Shown piece by piece: positions 60,977 to 64,000 of a stretch of DNA of 64,000 nt. Below the pieces are notes generated by a model. The model saw only the letters and a list, made by a program, of their open reading frames with translations. It made no database searches and was not told the origin of the DNA. The stretch lies in contig OZ223269.1 in NCBI GenBank assembly GCA_965140585.1, positions 736,001-800,000 on the forward strand. Direction: 5' to 3'. Position 1 is the first letter of the stretch. Each line of letters opens with the position of its first letter. A program made the translations under genes and the position numbers. Origin of the DNA: Spirochaetia bacterium. GTDB taxonomy: Bacteria > Spirochaetota > Spirochaetia > UBA9216.

Positions 60977-61747
60977 CTAACCATGGAAGGTAAATCCATA
61001 TTTGTTGTATATGTTTTTTACATCTTCATCCTGCAGCATAAAGTTGTAGAATTTCTGTGTTATTTCATCATCAGTCAAAGCTGATATGAAATAAACGATT
61101 GGTATATGTGATTCATCCGGAAATACCGAAATGATTTTAACCTTATTTGATTTTTCCGCATCAGTGCGGTAAACAATTCCAAATTCACATTCTCCAAGTT
61201 CAACAACCATTAATGCTGCACGAACATCTGCTGCGGGCTGTATTCTCTCTGAAAGAACTGATTTCCAGTTAAAGTAATCAAGAGCCTGCTCTGCGTACAT
61301 CCCTGCCGGAACATGAGCCGGATCTCCGATGGATAAACGCCCCTTAAATAGTTCAGGTAAATCTGCATCAACATTAAGTGTGAAGGAGGTGGCAGTACTT
61401 TCCTCCGGTGCAATTAGTACAAGGTCATTAACAAGTAATGATGCTGTCTTAACTGGATATCCGGTATCAATTACATAAGTCATCCATTTCTCGGAGGCTG
61501 ATATATATATATTGGCGTTGGCTCCTTCAGTAATCTGCCTGGCAAGAGTACCGCTTGAAGCAGGATTGGATCTAACAAGAATTCCGGTTTTATCATAAAA
61601 GATTTTACCAGCATCATTAACTAAATCTGTTGTGCTTGCTGCATTAAAAACGATCAGTTCTGTGTCTTCATTCTCCGGAGTCCCGGTAGCAAACAAATTG
61701 ATGCTGATTATCATAAATACAAGTAAAAGATAAATCCTGTTAACCAA
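60977..61747 (-). CDS. modA: molybdate-binding periplasmic protein
   Basis: AASTT, ASSGTLARQI, VPAGMYA, VYRTDA; TTG start behind AAGGAG. Confidence 0.93.
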   Translation of the reverse strand: MVNRIYLLLVFMIISINLFATGTPENEDTELIVFNAASTTDLVNDAGKIFYDKTGILVRSNPASSGTLARQITEGANANIYISASEKWMTYVIDTGYPVKTASLLVNDLVLIAPEESTATSFTLNVDADLPELFKGRLSIGDPAHVPAGMYAEQALDYFNWKSVLSERIQPAADVRAALMVVELGECEFGIVYRTDAEKSNKVKIISVFPDESHIPIVYFISALTDDEITQKFYNFMLQDEDVKNIYNKYGFTFHG

Positions 61748-61780
61748 ATATCCGCTCCTTTAATTTCTCAATTATCCTTC

Positions 61781-61797
61781 AGCATAAAACATGCCAA
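61781..61797 (-). promoter_or_regulatory. sigma54 (-24/-12) promoter of modABC
   Basis: Minus strand TTGGCATGTTTTATGCT (GG-N10-GC). Confidence 0.75.
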
Positions 61798-61893
61798 GTC
61801 TATTTTTAGAGGTGATATTGGATGATATAACTGAAAAATATCGATTTCCTTCTTATATAAGTAATGATTAAAAATTTTGATTTAAATATTGCC

Positions 61894-61937
61894 CTACAAA
61901 ACAGTAGTTTACATATCCGCAACCTACAAAAGTGTAG
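61894..61937. promoter_or_regulatory. tandem palindromic boxes CTAC-N6-GTAG, putative enhancer (UAS)
   Basis: CTACaaaacaGTAG (61894-61907) and CTACaaaagtGTAG (61924-61937), 30 bp apart. Confidence 0.65.
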
Positions 61938-62034
61938 GTTTTTTTTAATCTGAAAATATAAAATTTATTATTTTTATACCAAAAAAGGCTGTTTTACCCC
62001 TAATTACTATCAATTTGAATGACATAAGATAATA

Positions 62035-62050
62035 TGGCTCAATTCTTGCT
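62035..62050 (+). promoter_or_regulatory. sigma54 (-24/-12) promoter of nifV-nifA
   Basis: TGGCTCAATTCTTGCT (GG-N10-GC). Confidence 0.75.
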
Positions 62051-62061
62051 TTTAAAACGAT

Positions 62062-63204
62062 ATGGATTACAATGCCCATAGTTCTATAATACAGATTATT
62101 GATTCAACTCTAAGAGATGGTGAGCAGGCTCCGGGAATTTTTTTTACGATAGAGGAAAAGAAAAGAATTGCAATGCTTCTCTCGGAATCAGGAGTTGATC
62201 TGATAGAAGCAGGTATTCCTGCAATGGGAGCGGATTCTGTCAGCTTTTTAAAATGGTGTTCAAAAAGAGGGATAAATGCCTCCTGCTGGTGCCGAGCCGC
62301 TGAACAGGATATTGATCTTGCAGAAAAAACAGGTCTTGGGACAGTACACATAAGTTTCCCTCTATCAGATATACATCTGAATGTCTTTAATAAAAGCAGA
62401 ACCTGGCTTTTCGATAATATATGCAGTTTATATGATTATGCTGAATCTAAATTTGCTAATGTAAATATTGGTTTCATGGATATTTCCAGGGCTGACCGTC
62501 TGCTGCTTGAAACAGTTATCAGGACTGCAGATAGGTGCGGATATTCCATGATAAGACTCGCTGATACTGCGGGAATAATGACTCCTGATGATATTTTTAA
62601 ACTGGGCAGTCTTTTATATGAATATAAGCCGAAACTGGAAATGCATGCACATAATGATTTGGGAATGGCAACTGCTAATGCAGTCACAGCTGTAAATCAG
62701 GGTTTCTCAGCCGTAAGCGTAACAGTTTCAGGAATCGGTGAGCGTGCCGGAAACGCAAGACTTGAAGAAGTTGCTGCCTATCTCGATGTTAATAAAAAAA
62801 GAAGTTTTGAACTAAGAAAGCTTAATCATCTATGTAAGCTGATATCAGAAATAACCGGAAGGGATATACCACTTGATAAACCAGTTACCGGTCAAAATAT
62901 TTTTTCTCACAAATCAGGCATTCATGTAGCGGGTACGTTACAAAATCCAACAGCTTTCATGCCTTTTAACCCTGAAGAGAAGGGGCTTGGAAGTATTAAA
63001 CTTTCCGCAGGCTCACACAGCGGGAGAAAGGCTGTTAAGCATATACTTGCTCAAAAATCAATATTTATCAGTGATTATCAATCTGAGATTATTCTTGACC
63101 TGGTCAGAAAAGAATCTTCAGCCAGAAAAAGAGATCTAAACCAAGAGGAAATTGAGAGAATATACTATGAGTTTGAACACAGCAGAAAATCTGCCGCAAT
63201 ATAA
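62062..63204 (+). CDS. nifV: homocitrate synthase
   Basis: IIDSTLRDGEQAPG, EAGIPAMG, RLADTAG, HAHNDLGMATAN, GIGERAGNA, HKSGIH; no LeuA regulatory domain; mod/nifA context. Confidence 0.88.
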   Translation: MDYNAHSSIIQIIDSTLRDGEQAPGIFFTIEEKKRIAMLLSESGVDLIEAGIPAMGADSVSFLKWCSKRGINASCWCRAAEQDIDLAEKTGLGTVHISFPLSDIHLNVFNKSRTWLFDNICSLYDYAESKFANVNIGFMDISRADRLLLETVIRTADRCGYSMIRLADTAGIMTPDDIFKLGSLLYEYKPKLEMHAHNDLGMATANAVTAVNQGFSAVSVTVSGIGERAGNARLEEVAAYLDVNKKRSFELRKLNHLCKLISEITGRDIPLDKPVTGQNIFSHKSGIHVAGTLQNPTAFMPFNPEEKGLGSIKLSAGSHSGRKAVKHILAQKSIFISDYQSEIILDLVRKESSARKRDLNQEEIERIYYEFEHSRKSAAI

Positions 63205-64000
63205 CGGCTGTTCTGATTGCGAATCCTGCAATAAATACCAGCTTAATCTTCTCTTTGAAATCAGCCGTTTACTATTGAGCGAAGATGATCTGTCGGTCGT
63301 CCTAAACACAATGCTAAAACGGCTGTCATCATTTCTTAATTTAAAAAGCAGTACCATAACAATCTTTAATAGAAAAACTGGAAATATTTCGATTGAAGAA
63401 GGTTTCGGTATTTCGGCCGAACAGCGTGCCCTGGGAGTATATAAGCCCGGAGAGGGAATTACCGGAAATGTAATAGAAACCGGTTTGCCTTCCGTAATTC
63501 CGGATATCTCACGTGAACCGAAGTTTCTTAATAGAACAAAATCTTTTCCGGAGGGGCAGGAAAAAAAGAAGACTGCATTTATTTCAGTTCCAGTAAAAGC
63601 GGGAAAAGAAGTCATAGGTACACTCAATGCTGAGAAAATAAATGAAAATACAGAAAGCCTGGAAGATGAGCTGTATCTGATTCAGATTGTAGCTGCTATG
63701 ATTTCCCAGGCTGTTCAGCTGTACCAGGCTCATCATGAAGAGAATGAACAGCTTCAGCTTGAAAATGAAAGGCTGCATAGAGAACTACAGGATAAATTTA
63801 ACCAGAACCTGTTTATTGGTACCTCAAAGGTTATTCGAAGGGTATTCGACTATGTCAATAAAATAGCCGATACTGTTGCAACCGTGCTGATTCTTGGTGA
63901 AAGCGGGGTTGGAAAGGAGCTTGTCGCAAAATCCATTCACTATGCAAGTAACCGGAAGAATAAACCCTTTGTAAAGCTTAACTGCGCTGCTCTTCCTGAA
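63167..64000 (+). CDS. nifA: NifA/AnfA/VnfA-type sigma54 activator (GAF + AAA+), 3'-truncated by the window edge; absent from the ORF track
   Basis: Translated by hand: MSLNTAENLPQYNGCSDCESC...YKPGEGITG...EPKFLNRT...AFISVPV...VLILGESGVGKELVAKSIH...PFVKLNCAALPE. Confidence 0.88.
   Translation, partial: MSLNTAENLPQYNGCSDCESCNKYQLNLLFEISRLLLSEDDLSVVLNTMLKRLSSFLNLKSSTITIFNRKTGNISIEEGFGISAEQRALGVYKPGEGITGNVIETGLPSVIPDISREPKFLNRTKSFPEGQEKKKTAFISVPVKAGKEVIGTLNAEKINENTESLEDELYLIQIVAAMISQAVQLYQAHHEENEQLQLENERLHRELQDKFNQNLFIGTSKVIRRVFDYVNKIADTVATVLILGESGVGKELVAKSIHYASNRKNKPFVKLNCAALPE

Noticed and set aside
61748-62061. Canonical NifA UAS or ModE box
   Set aside because: No TGT-N10-ACA was found and there is no convincing ModE palindrome.
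63136-63627. 163-aa minus-strand ORF
   Set aside because: It is the antisense shadow of nifA, which occupies the plus strand.

Overview
A 64 kb, gene-dense, AT-rich bacterial chromosome segment, most likely from an anaerobic, probably N2-fixing spirochaete (inferred from gene content and protein families, not proven). In order: a partial PEP-synthase-like gene with gdhA; a 12-gene minus-strand anaerobic purine/urate catabolism operon (two Mo-hydroxylase sets, ssnA, ygeY, ygeW, 8-oxoguanine deaminase) plus a nearby hydA; lipAB; a six-gene glycogen operon; a phosphotransacylase-butyrate kinase fusion operon; an ODP/soluble-MCP chemosensory pair; gcvT-H-PA-PB; mscS/DUF432/corA; perR-rubrerythrin; tRNA-Asn; an AT-richer c-di-GMP/ABC block with four reading-frame lesions; modABC; and nifV-nifA (running off the end). 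The most notable observations are: (1) the glycogen operon appears to encode the eukaryotic two-activity debranching enzyme as two separate genes, next to a GH13_8-type branching enzyme that seems to start at CTG; (2) the urate cluster lacks ygfK and ygeX in this window and has a Cys-less DHODH-like protein and a ThrC-family PLP enzyme in their place; (3) two divergent sigma54 promoters flank a pair of non-canonical CTAC-N6-GTAG boxes; (4) many first genes of operons look leaderless. All family assignments come from motif recognition by eye; no database searches were run.
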